A DNA stretch of 63,317 nucleotides, counting the filler. It is 5 parts of 5 records of this genome, joined end to end, with 100 filler letters (N's around TTAATTAATTAA, not from the genome) between each part and the next. Parts side by side here need not be neighbours in the genome. Positions count along the whole stretch, not along the records: positions 8,683 to 27,560 come from SRR20825006_1257; 4 more parts are not named here. One strand, given 5' to 3'. How positions within the stretch are numbered: position 1 is the first letter of the stretch; every line of letters starts with the position of its first letter. The notes beneath the pieces were generated by a model. That model did not search any database, was not told the origin of the DNA, and saw nothing but the letters and a program-made list of their open reading frames with translations. Of this stretch, positions 8,683 to 18,938 are shown one piece after another. The position numbers and the translations under genes were made by a program.

Positions 8683-10776
8683 AAATTGTACCGTTTGTAA
8701 ACCTGAACCAACTCTTCCGTTTAAAAGTGTTGCCACTTCTTGGCCAAGCATATTGAATACTTTCAAACTTACATTACCCGCTTGCTGCAAGGTAAACTGG
8801 ATGTTTGTTGTTGGGTTAAATGGGTTTGGATAGTTTTGTGAAAGCTCAAAGCCTTCAGGCGCTTCCATCACTTCTGTACCAACACCTAACTGACCTGTAT
8901 TAAACTCAACTTGTGTAGTAACATATTTGTCACCTTTGAATGCTTTGTAGGTCATTGGTGAAGGAGTTGCTTCGTCCACAATCCAGAAAAAGTGGCGTGT
9001 TTCAGGATCAAAAGTAGCTGAAGCTGGCATGTTTGTTACTTCAACTTCTGGGATAGTTAGATCATAATTTCTTGCACTCACATATAAACTAACCGTATCG
9101 CCTAGCGTTGCCAAAACCGGTCCATCATTAAAAATACCTAGGTATTCGTTATACACATTAATTGTTCTATTTATCGACTCCTCTCCGTTAAAGAAACTAC
9201 GATACGAAGTTTGATTGTAGTTCTGCCCCTGATCGTTGGTACTTTTTGTTCCATAAGCTCTATATGACTTAAGAATTAGTTTTTTTAATGTAAAATCCCA
9301 TTCAAAGCGAACTTCGCGGGTACTCCCATCTATAAGAACCTCCCTTTTTACTCTGTATCCATAGGTAGTGTCTCCTACAGCACTAAAGTTGAAATATGCG
9401 TTACCAATATATACTCCTTCATCAGAATAATTTGATTCAGAAACACTAGCTTTATAAAGTTCTTTGGTTGAAAAATCCTGTACATAGCTTGTTTGTTTTA
9501 CTTGCGTAAAATATCCTGGGCTAATTTCTCTAAATTCACGAACTGTTTTGGATTGAAGAGACAAGCCACCAGTAATATTTGTGTAGTTTCTAACTTCAAT
9601 TTGATTACCGTTTGCATCATAGTCCATTTCTGTTCTAATATTTACACCATCAAGCTCTCCCATGTTCGTTTCGGCGTTATATTTAACTTTATATACAACT
9701 ACTGAATCTACTACTACTTTTTCATTTGCTAGTGTCCTATTGTAACTATTGTACGCTTCAGACATTACCCACTTCGAGTCTAGCCAATCATATCCAACTG
9801 CTTCTACTAACTGGTCATTGTTTGAATACTTAAAGTGTAAACTATCTTTACCTACAAGTTGCTTTAAGTTTGAGTCAAATTGCTTAACTACCTGATATAT
9901 ATATCTATTATTGGCTTCTTTTTTGGTATAGCTCCAATTCCAGGTTGTAATCTCCTCTTCGTAACCAAAATATTTTTGTTCACTTAAATCAAAGGTTGGG
10001 GTCTGCTCTTGTTTACTCTCTGTGTACTTCCGCCCTTGGGTATAATATTCAGTTGCGTATAAATAATAGTTTTCTTCTTGACGAGATCGTGTAACCGAGC
10101 TAATCTGGTATTCTTGTGTTTCGCCATTATACTCAAACCTTTTTGAGAGTGTATCCCTTCCACTTTCGTTTCTATACGAAAGACCTCGCTCGTTCTTTTT
10201 CCAACCCTCTCCTACATTGTATGATTCTCTAAAATATTCGTAATCGGCTCCATCCGTAGCTACCTTAGGATACAACCCTTTAGCACCATAATATGGTTCT
10301 GGTTGATTGTAGTTATAATAATAAGAAATTATACTATCGCCATAAGCCTCATCTCGGAATGACGTTTGCAATTGTTTTGGCCCCCAACTGGCGCTATCAG
10401 GAATCCATGTGTATGTATCGTAATGCGAAGTATATTTCTCATTAGTTCCGCTAGATGAAGACATTATATACTCACTTGGAGTAAACATCGTATCTTGATA
10501 GCCTTTATATTCTGAAAAAGAGAAAGAAGTATCTCCTGCTAAATCTTGGGCTTCAACATTATCTAGAACTCCTTTGGACTTAGCCACTTTTTCGTATTCT
10601 TTCCGCAGATTAATAAGCCACTCATCAGAAATTCTATTTTCTGGAGAAACTTGATACATAAAGGCTTTGTGTGAGGCATTTATGTATTGTGAGTTTATAA
10701 CTTCATTGATGTCTTGCTGTGCCTGAGCAGCCACACTACATAGCATGGCCACTATTAGTAACACTATCTTTTTCAT
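8683..10776 (-). CDS. Secreted protein with Ig-like domain and T9SS type A C-terminal sorting domain (3' truncated)
   Basis: Signal peptide (AQA); C-terminal FELSQNYPNPFNPTTNIQF...LKVFNMLGQEVATL; Tyr-rich beta-type body of unknown function. Confidence 0.85.
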
Positions 10777-10908
10777 AACATGGATATTGGGTTGATATTT
10801 ATTGGAGCAAACGGTTACTGAATCTCTACACGTTTTACCATCATCAACTTCTATGTTATGAAGCTCTTTTTAAATCACCCGTTTGGAGTATTTTTGAATC
10901 AAACTTGC

Positions 10909-11577
10909 TTAAACGATGTTTCTCCGTAAAGCCAACCGTACGGCAGCGGCACGTGAATTAACATGCATTTTTTTGTAGATATTTTTGATGTGTGTTTTAA
11001 CGGTCCAAGGGCTAAGAAAGACTACTTCTGCAATTTCTTTGTTTGTTTTTCCCTCAATTACCTGCTCCAGAATGCGAATTTCGGCTGGGCTTAAATCAAA
11101 CGGTATTTCTTTCTTGTCTTCTTTTTTATCTGTTCTAGGTGTTAAAACTAAGTTCATTAGTTTACGCGCAATGATTGGAGATATAGGTGAGCCTCCCTGT
11201 TTTACTTCCTCAATGGCCTGCACAACATCGTCTATAGGAGTGTCTTTTAATAGGTATCCCGTTGCACCAACTTGAATAGATTCAAATATTCTCTCGTCAT
11301 CTTCAAAAACAGTGAACATGATGATATCAATACTTGGATATTTCTCTTTTGTTTGGAAAGTAGCCTCAATACCAGAAAGACCTGGTAGTTCAATATCCAT
11401 CAGAATTACATCTGGAATTTTATCTTCGCTACAACGCTCTAGTTTTTCAAAAAACTGTTCTGCACTTTCCGCGACAAAAACTAAATCCAAATCATCATAA
11501 AAAGAAAGTAATTCGCTTAGACGCTTTCTAAAAATGGCATGATCTTCAACTATACATACTTTAATTTTTTCCGCCAA
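10909..11577 (-). CDS. NarL/LuxR-family response regulator
   Basis: IVEDH...ILMDIELPG receiver; TNKEIAEVVFLSPWTVKTHIKNIYKK HTH. Confidence 0.93.
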   Translation of the reverse strand: MAEKIKVCIVEDHAIFRKRLSELLSFYDDLDLVFVAESAEQFFEKLERCSEDKIPDVILMDIELPGLSGIEATFQTKEKYPSIDIIMFTVFEDDERIFESIQVGATGYLLKDTPIDDVVQAIEEVKQGGSPISPIIARKLMNLVLTPRTDKKEDKKEIPFDLSPAEIRILEQVIEGKTNKEIAEVVFLSPWTVKTHIKNIYKKMHVNSRAAAVRLALRRNIV

Positions 11578-11646
11578 TGTTTCCCCATTTAATTTCTCTA
11601 AAATTCACATTTTGAGATTGAATTACCAATACCCCAAACGGTGTAT

Positions 11647-14600
11647 TTATAATCTAATTTTAACCCTTACTTCTGTTCCATTTTTTGTTACTACTTCGAC
11701 GCAACCGCCTAACTCTTCGGCTCTCTTTTTCATATTTCCTAGGCCATAGCCTCCTTCAAACCCTTTACTTTCCCCTTTAAAAGAGCCGTCGTCTTTTATC
11801 ACCAGTGTGAGTTCGTTATTTACTACACTCATTGAAATTGATAGCGACTTAGCATCTGCGTATTTGAGTGTGTTTTGTGCTGCTTCTTGTATAATTCTGA
11901 AAATATTAAGCGCTTGGGTTGATGATAACTTGGCTTTAACATCACCTTCTAAATTATAATGTATCTCCAACAGTTCAGCAAAAGTAGTTTGGCTTTTGAA
12001 GTAGCCTTTCAGGTGGCTCATAAATACTTCTAAATCCAACTCTTTTTGATTGAGCGCCCAAATAGTATCTCTTAATTGTGCAATGGTTGTTTGAGCATCT
12101 CCTTGCAAAGAGCTTACCAACCTATTCGCGTTCCCTTGATCTTTATTTTGATTATACTTATCAACCAAACTCAGCCCAGTTATTATATTTGCTAATTGTG
12201 CCCCAACATGATCGTGCAAATCTCTAGAAATTCTTTCCCTTTCACTTCTAAGCTTATTCTCCATTTCCATTTTTCGGACTTGCATCCTCAAATTCCGCTG
12301 TGATACAAATCGAATCGCAAGAATAAACACAACGACTAAAACAAATCCTGAAAGCGCTCTAAACCATATTGCCCCCCACCAAGGTGGTGAAATAACTACT
12401 GAAATTGAAGTGCCTTGCTCATTCCAAACACCATCACTATTTGCTGCTTTTACTTTAAAGCTATATTCCCCAGGCATTATATTTGGATAGCTAGCATAAT
12501 TTCTATTTCCAGAGTATACCCATTCAATATCTATACCAAGCATTTTATATGCATATTGGTTTTGGCTCGGGTTGTCATAATCTAACGCGGCAAATTCAAA
12601 CGAAATGAAATTCTCGTTGTAGTTTAGGTTCAGATTTTTTTTATACAGAACGGAAGAATCCGTTTTTATAGGGTCGTTAAACAAGTTTATGCCTGTTATA
12701 AAAACTGGCGGTTTATGAGTATTGATGGAAAGTTCTTGTGGGTGAATGACATTAAACCCATTTACTCCACCAAAAAGCAGGTCCCCATTGCTCAAAGATA
12801 GATAAGCTCCTGTATTAAACTCCAAATTTTGCAATCCGTCCGATTCATTAAAATTCGAGAATTTTTGCGTTTCAGAATCAAACCTGGCAATACCAGAATT
12901 TGTACTTATCCAAATAAAGCGCCCCGATTCATCTCCTAAAACGCCATATGTGCTGTTATTCGGTAGACCTTTTTCTTTTCTGAAGCGAGTAAATGTATTT
13001 GTGCTTTCAACCCACCTTGTTATTCCGCCACCATATGTTGCAAACCAAAAAGTGCTATCATTTTGCTGATGGATGCTTCTTGTGTCATCATATCCAATCG
13101 AGTTCTCATCAGTTTCATCATACTCAAACAGCTCAATCTGACCAAGTTTCTGTTCTGTTACTCGGATACGAACTAATCCTTTATCCATGGTTGCTAGCCA
13201 CATATTACCCGTATCATCCTCATAAACCTTTCGAATATTATCGCTACTAATTGCCCGCTCCTCCGAGCTTGAATTCATTTCTATAATACTTGCTGGTTCT
13301 CCTCTCTGCCAGCTTTCAACATTGGTTATAACTTGAATCCCCGCTCCTTCATAGCCTAACCAAAGCCAACCTCTGGTATCTCTGTATATTTGGTGAAGTT
13401 GACTTTCCTTCAAAAAACTATTTTGTGCATTGTAGTTAATTGCGGTCAACTCCTTTTTAGTTTTTAGTTGATTCGCGTCTATAAAATTCAAACCACCCTC
13501 AATCCCAGCCAACCAGAGTCCTTTTTCATCCCTTTCCATCGACCAAATTCCTGGCCCAACAAATCCTTTTATCTCTTCTTCATACGAGTGAACTTTATTC
13601 TTTTTACTATCCCAAAAAGCCAATCCTCTTGCTGTTGCAATCCAAAATCCATCTTTTTCTTCTTCAAAGCCTAGTATAAAATTCGATTTCAAAGCTTTAC
13701 CAAGTTGCTTCTTGTTTATCAACTCAATGCCTTTTTGTTCTTCTAGTAAATAAAGTCCAGCTCCCCAAACACCAACCCATACATTCCCTTTACAATCTCT
13801 AACCAAAATTGTTGCGCCGGTCGACTCATCCGCTTCATTAATTTTCTGATAGTGCTTTTTCTCTGTCCGCTTATTTATGGAAACTATTGCGCCATTTAGA
13901 TCACCCATGGTTAAATACTCATCACTCTCTATGAGCATACCCTTACTAGCACTTCCTTTTTTGCCTTTTGATATGCTTTTCAAAACATGCGGGGGAAGTT
14001 CCTGCTTTCCTACTTTTCTAAACCCCTCATTAACCTCTCTTATCCATAAATTTAATTCTTGGTCTAGGTATAAATCTGATGTATTCGGTTTTTGTAACCC
14101 TTTGGATAGAATAATTACAGAAATTTCAATAGTAGCGCCGACTGTGGGATTAGCTCTAAAAGTGGCTATTTCAGATTGCGAAATATAGTACAACCCAGTA
14201 AATGAAGAGACAATCATACTCCCGTCGTAAAGTTCTAGCAATCCATTTATGGAGCCAACTTCGAATTTGGAGTCTTTTTCAACTAATCTGGCAGGCGTAT
14301 ATATTTTTTTTCCTCTATCAAATATTCCAGTACTGTGGCCATCAAAGCTTAGCCAAAACACTCCTCTTCCATCTCTATATAGTACATTTATCGCCGCATT
14401 TGGAAAACGATTTTCATTGGAAGAACTACTACTAATTACCTCAACTTTATCCGTTTTGGGATTCAGAATATTTAAGCCTCCGTCACGAGTACTTATCCAA
14501 AGTTCCTCTTCACTATACTCATAAACACCATGAATAAAACCATTAGAAAGAGAGGTGCTGTCGTTATTAGAAGCGTTGTATATTTTAACGGATTTTCCAT

Positions 14601-14796
14601 CATATCGATTTAATCCATCGATAGTACTCACCCATAAGAACCCGCGGCTATCAAGGGTTACATTTGTTACGGTATTATGGCTTAACTCGACTTCTCCGTC
14701 AACTCGGGTAACTCTATAGGTTGGCGGTTGCGCCCACGCTACTCCCTGAATGACTGTTGCCAAAAGCCCCAACAGAATTAGTACTTTATTTACCAA
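11647..14796 (-). CDS. Ligand-binding sensor histidine kinase (beta-propeller repeats + Y_Y_Y + TM + HisKA_3/HATPase)
   Basis: Repeated D-x-x-G-x-x-W propeller blades, YAYKMLGID...PGEYSFKVKAANSDGVW, ERERISRDLHDHVG, GYGLGNMKKRA. Confidence 0.92.
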   Translation of the reverse strand: MVNKVLILLGLLATVIQGVAWAQPPTYRVTRVDGEVELSHNTVTNVTLDSRGFLWVSTIDGLNRYDGKSVKIYNASNNDSTSLSNGFIHGVYEYSEEELWISTRDGGLNILNPKTDKVEVISSSSSNENRFPNAAINVLYRDGRGVFWLSFDGHSTGIFDRGKKIYTPARLVEKDSKFEVGSINGLLELYDGSMIVSSFTGLYYISQSEIATFRANPTVGATIEISVIILSKGLQKPNTSDLYLDQELNLWIREVNEGFRKVGKQELPPHVLKSISKGKKGSASKGMLIESDEYLTMGDLNGAIVSINKRTEKKHYQKINEADESTGATILVRDCKGNVWVGVWGAGLYLLEEQKGIELINKKQLGKALKSNFILGFEEEKDGFWIATARGLAFWDSKKNKVHSYEEEIKGFVGPGIWSMERDEKGLWLAGIEGGLNFIDANQLKTKKELTAINYNAQNSFLKESQLHQIYRDTRGWLWLGYEGAGIQVITNVESWQRGEPASIIEMNSSSEERAISSDNIRKVYEDDTGNMWLATMDKGLVRIRVTEQKLGQIELFEYDETDENSIGYDDTRSIHQQNDSTFWFATYGGGITRWVESTNTFTRFRKEKGLPNNSTYGVLGDESGRFIWISTNSGIARFDSETQKFSNFNESDGLQNLEFNTGAYLSLSNGDLLFGGVNGFNVIHPQELSINTHKPPVFITGINLFNDPIKTDSSVLYKKNLNLNYNENFISFEFAALDYDNPSQNQYAYKMLGIDIEWVYSGNRNYASYPNIMPGEYSFKVKAANSDGVWNEQGTSISVVISPPWWGAIWFRALSGFVLVVVFILAIRFVSQRNLRMQVRKMEMENKLRSERERISRDLHDHVGAQLANIITGLSLVDKYNQNKDQGNANRLVSSLQGDAQTTIAQLRDTIWALNQKELDLEVFMSHLKGYFKSQTTFAELLEIHYNLEGDVKAKLSSTQALNIFRIIQEAAQNTLKYADAKSLSISMSVVNNELTLVIKDDGSFKGESKGFEGGYGLGNMKKRAEELGGCVEVVTKNGTEVRVKIRL

Positions 14797-14913
14797 AATA
14801 TTCTATTCAAACACGATCTACATTTTCACATATATAACCATATTGCTTTATTTATGCGAACTATTAGCTATTTATAATATTTTTGGGCGAGGCGGGGGTT
14901 CTATCCATCAGAT

Positions 14914-14953
14914 AAAAAAAGCCCATCAAAGTTTAAAGCTTTGATGGGCTTTT
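14914..14953 (-). terminator. Rho-independent terminator (possibly bidirectional)
   Basis: GCCCATCAAAG/CTTTGATGGGC 11-bp stem flanked by A7 and T4, downstream of the metalloprotease gene. Confidence 0.85.
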
Positions 14954-14989
14954 GTAAGTCTTTCTTAGAAATCGAAAAATCTATTCTAA

Positions 14990-17665
14990 TTACTTAATCA
15001 ACACCATTTGGCGAGTAAGAGTTTGAGCTGGTGTACTTAAACGATATAAATAAACACCACTGGCTAATCCCTCTGCATTAAATCTTGCTTTATAACTTCC
15101 TGCCGACATTTTACTATTCACTAAGGTCGCTACATTTTGCCCTTGAATATTGAATACTTCAAGTCGAACATTCGTTGCTTCTTTAATGCTATAAGAAATT
15201 ACCGTTTCTGGATTAAACGGATTCGGATAATTCTGGTTAAGCGTAATTTGCTTAGGACTTTCAGAGAGCTCTTCGTTAGATACCACAGTACTTACTTTTA
15301 AAGAAATCGGGATTTCTTTAACGCTGTTGTTAGGGTCGTTTGTTTGAACTTTTAACATTGTCTCATAATCCCCTGCAGCTATGCCTACAGTACTAAACTT
15401 CAAGTTTATACTCTGTGAGGCCCCAGGACTGATAACTCCACCATACGAATTCACTTTCAGCCAAGCATAAGACTCATCTAATTGTTTTACCGATACATTA
15501 TCTATATCGATAAAAGCCCCACTTTCCTCATTAAAATGTAAGAAGTTAATTTCGTCAGGAGTTCGGCCTTCAACATAATCGCTTTCAGCAATTTGTAGAC
15601 CTCCGTAATAGTAACTTACAACACCTGTATTATTATCAAATCTAATAGCGAGTTTTCTATACTGCCCTAGTAACACCGTAGCACTTGTCGAGAAGAAAGT
15701 TCCATCACCATTCTCATCTTTATCCCAAGCATAAATAGTGCCTCCTGTAATCACAATACCACCTGTAATCCCTCCATTCTTCCCATCGTAAATATAGACA
15801 TCAAAGCGCTCAGCTAAACCACCGGGCCCATTAACTGCTAAATCCATAGATACTTCATAGGTGCCAAAGGCTTGTGCCCCAAAAAATGGGGTCGAAACAA
15901 ATTGCGTGTTAGCACCGGATTCGAACGACAATCGTAGGTTATTGCTTCCTGACATGGCATTGGCGTTGGATATTTTAACCAAATTGCCACTGCTTAATGC
16001 CCTCCATTGGTTAATAGCAGAATAATTACCCTGGGTAAATCCTTCTGACGTTTCGAAAGAAGTACTATATACTACGGTTTCACCAACAGCACTTTTTTCC
16101 TTGCCTATTTGAGTGAATGAGGCATTTGCAGGATATTCTAATGCTTCAGTGGGGAGTTCAACTTTGAACTCTGAAGCTACTTTGGTACGCTTCTGTTTTG
16201 TAACTCCATTTGAGGCGAATTCAAAATCAGCATCCCACATTAATCTCGATGTTCCCGAGTTGGATAATGAAATAGGTATCGTTAGTTGATCTTCTCTATT
16301 CATTTCTATCGTTACCACATCTACAAATGGATCTAGAACAGGAGGAGTTACTTTTGTTGTTCTATAACTAGCAATAACTTTTTTAATCTCACTCATACTT
16401 GAAGCATTGTTCTCTGGAGTAACAGAGCTATTGGTACCAGTTGGTTTATCTTGATATGTGAGATTTGGGCTAGAAAAGATGGGCGCTTGAGTTAAGCCAT
16501 CAGGATATGCCATCACGGTATGAAAACCATTTACTTTGTCTTGATAACCTGCTGAGTAATGAAATAAACCGCCACTACCTTCAGCTGGAGAACTTAACTG
16601 TGTTCTTGAGTGCGAGTTGCCCATGTTGTGCCCTATCTCATGAATAAGCGTGTAACCTGATGATACTTGCTGAACTCTATTTAAAGAAAAGCCGTACTCT
16701 GGATTTCCTGAAGTATCTCCAAGCCTCCAACCAAGTCCACCAGTATCATTTATTCTTGCTATCAAAGCTACTATATCTGCTCCATACTGGTCTCTTAATG
16801 TATGAATATCGTCCATATAACCTATTGTACCGCTCCAATCATCACCTACTGGTCGATTACTTGGCGATGAGGTTAGGCGACGTAATCTTTTGTCTGAATC
16901 TACACCGTCAGTGGTTTCATCATATAAAGTTTTTACTTGATGAACTAATCGTAGATCAATTGCAATTTCGCTATTATCTAATGCAGCTTGTGAAAGCGCC
17001 ATAGTTTGGGCTATTAGTAGCTGAATTGAACCTACATTACTCTTTGCCCAATCTTCTGCAGCAACAGTATACACCAACATTACATCTATTGTAATACTAT
17101 CTTCTATCGCACCCACCATAGCATTTACAGTTGGAACTGAGGACTTTGATTTAAAAGCTATTTTACTTTTACCAGCTGGTGTTTTTGAGTAGTCTTTAGC
17201 AATTAGAGCATCATTTTTATCGCTATATATAGGATTGTCGATGCTCTTTCTAGATAGGTAGTTTAATTTCACTTCCTTTTCATATCCTACATTTAATACC
17301 TCATTCTCTGAACGGTGATAAATACCTTTAACATCACCATTCTGGTAACTAAGTATGAAACTGTTTCTTTGCTCACCCTTTTTTCGAGCTAGAATTGAAA
17401 CCGCTCCCTCTAGGTAATGCTCAACTCTAGTTATCTCTAACTCATCAATAACTCCGGGCTCACTTTCAAATAAAAAGAAACTGTTTTTTTTCAGCTCATT
17501 GCTTTCAAAAGCTTCGTTATTGAACTCCAAATATTGTAAGCCTTCTCCAGCGGAGGCTAGTTTAGCCTTCTCAAGGCTAATTGTATTTAGCTTTATTGGA
17601 TTCACCTGCTGCCCAAATACCGATACTGGTAGCAGTAACATTACTAAAAAAATCTTTCTCATCAT
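14990..17665 (-). CDS. Secreted zinc metalloprotease (metzincin, reprolysin-like M12) with T9SS sorting domain
   Basis: HEIGHNMGNSH (HExxHxxGxxH), Met-turn TVMAY, C-terminal QNYPNPFNP...LASGVYLYRL. Confidence 0.88.
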   Translation of the reverse strand: MMRKIFLVMLLLPVSVFGQQVNPIKLNTISLEKAKLASAGEGLQYLEFNNEAFESNELKKNSFFLFESEPGVIDELEITRVEHYLEGAVSILARKKGEQRNSFILSYQNGDVKGIYHRSENEVLNVGYEKEVKLNYLSRKSIDNPIYSDKNDALIAKDYSKTPAGKSKIAFKSKSSVPTVNAMVGAIEDSITIDVMLVYTVAAEDWAKSNVGSIQLLIAQTMALSQAALDNSEIAIDLRLVHQVKTLYDETTDGVDSDKRLRRLTSSPSNRPVGDDWSGTIGYMDDIHTLRDQYGADIVALIARINDTGGLGWRLGDTSGNPEYGFSLNRVQQVSSGYTLIHEIGHNMGNSHSRTQLSSPAEGSGGLFHYSAGYQDKVNGFHTVMAYPDGLTQAPIFSSPNLTYQDKPTGTNSSVTPENNASSMSEIKKVIASYRTTKVTPPVLDPFVDVVTIEMNREDQLTIPISLSNSGTSRLMWDADFEFASNGVTKQKRTKVASEFKVELPTEALEYPANASFTQIGKEKSAVGETVVYSTSFETSEGFTQGNYSAINQWRALSSGNLVKISNANAMSGSNNLRLSFESGANTQFVSTPFFGAQAFGTYEVSMDLAVNGPGGLAERFDVYIYDGKNGGITGGIVITGGTIYAWDKDENGDGTFFSTSATVLLGQYRKLAIRFDNNTGVVSYYYGGLQIAESDYVEGRTPDEINFLHFNEESGAFIDIDNVSVKQLDESYAWLKVNSYGGVISPGASQSINLKFSTVGIAAGDYETMLKVQTNDPNNSVKEIPISLKVSTVVSNEELSESPKQITLNQNYPNPFNPETVISYSIKEATNVRLEVFNIQGQNVATLVNSKMSAGSYKARFNAEGLASGVYLYRLSTPAQTLTRQMVLIK

Positions 17666-17717
17666 TAACCCCTATTTTTTATGATTTAAACAATACAAAT
17701 AAAGCTAATTTCTGCTT

Positions 17718-18851
17718 TTAAGCAAACCTATCTGCTAAACGGTTTATTAAATATCCACTTTCGTTTAAGGCTTGAGTTGCAAACTTTCCAAAAAAGTCAG
17801 TTACATTTTCAAATTCACGAATAAAACCTTCTCTATCATTCTTTTTTACCAATTCTGCTAACGCTTTATGATGCTCAAAGAAGTTCATAAGAAGTTCTCT
17901 TCGTTCCTCATTCGCAAAAACAATGTCAGCATACAACTCCGCACTTTGTGCAAAAATTCGTCCCGTCATCATCATTTCGGCTCTATAAATTGGGCTTGAG
18001 TACTCCAACATATCGGTTGGTTTTAAGTCGTAATGCTGCATAAAAGAGCCATGTAAAAGAGCCACAAAATGTCGCATCCCTTGCACCATATGCATCACAT
18101 GGTCGTGTTTCTGTGGATCTGCTTGAATCACTCTCATTCCCCAAAGCTCGCATTGCTCAATAAACCATGTAGCTTTATCCGCGTCTCTTCCAGCACAAAA
18201 AACCATTAACTGTTTCGAAAGATTTTGAACATCCGGGCCGTGCATAGGGTGCATACCAACAACGGGTCCGTCATGTGCCGCAAGCATCGCTTCTATCGGT
18301 GCAGTTTTGTTACTAGTAAAATCAGCTAGAATAGTATCTTTCTTCAGACGCCCCTTTAATCGTTTTATTACCGCTTCAGTGATATTAATAGGCACTGTTA
18401 CAATAACCATATCCAACTTTGGAGCGATTTCTTCTAGTTCATACCAATTAGATTTATCAATAGAGTGAACAATATGGCCGGTTTGCTCAGTCACTCTTTT
18501 GTACAAGCTACCCATTCCTCCATCACCACCAATAAATAAAATTTGCTTCGGTTCTGGCGTAGCAATGGGAAATCTCATTTGAGATTGTGTCGCCCGAGAA
18601 GCGGTCATTATCATTCTCAGAAAGTCTTCTGCCCATTCAGGATCTATGCCCTTCTCAATGGCTTTCTGCTTAAATGCTTCTGTTTTTTCTTCTTCTCTTT
18701 TAGGTACAAAAACGGGTAGCTGATTTTCTACCTTGGTTCGTATTACATTTTGTGCAACTTTTCCACGCTCTGAGAGCAATTCTAGTATTTGTTCGTCTAT
18801 TTCGTCGATTCTCAGGCGGTGGCCTTCAAGTCCATTTTTAGGGTGCGGCAT
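17718..18851 (-). CDS. tyrA: Bifunctional chorismate mutase/prephenate dehydrogenase
   Basis: AroQ domain RLRIDEIDEQILELLSER; GGDGGMG Rossmann motif, HPMHGP, HDHVMHMVQGMRHF. Confidence 0.92.
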   Translation of the reverse strand: MPHPKNGLEGHRLRIDEIDEQILELLSERGKVAQNVIRTKVENQLPVFVPKREEEKTEAFKQKAIEKGIDPEWAEDFLRMIMTASRATQSQMRFPIATPEPKQILFIGGDGGMGSLYKRVTEQTGHIVHSIDKSNWYELEEIAPKLDMVIVTVPINITEAVIKRLKGRLKKDTILADFTSNKTAPIEAMLAAHDGPVVGMHPMHGPDVQNLSKQLMVFCAGRDADKATWFIEQCELWGMRVIQADPQKHDHVMHMVQGMRHFVALLHGSFMQHYDLKPTDMLEYSSPIYRAEMMMTGRIFAQSAELYADIVFANEERRELLMNFFEHHKALAELVKKNDREGFIREFENVTDFFGKFATQALNESGYLINRLADRFA

Positions 18852-18938
18852 GATTACTAATTCAGTTTTGTTCTTACCCCTTAAGCTAAAGTATTTTTTC
18901 GTAGTTTATCACCTGTTTTCCTTCGATTATTAAAATTT

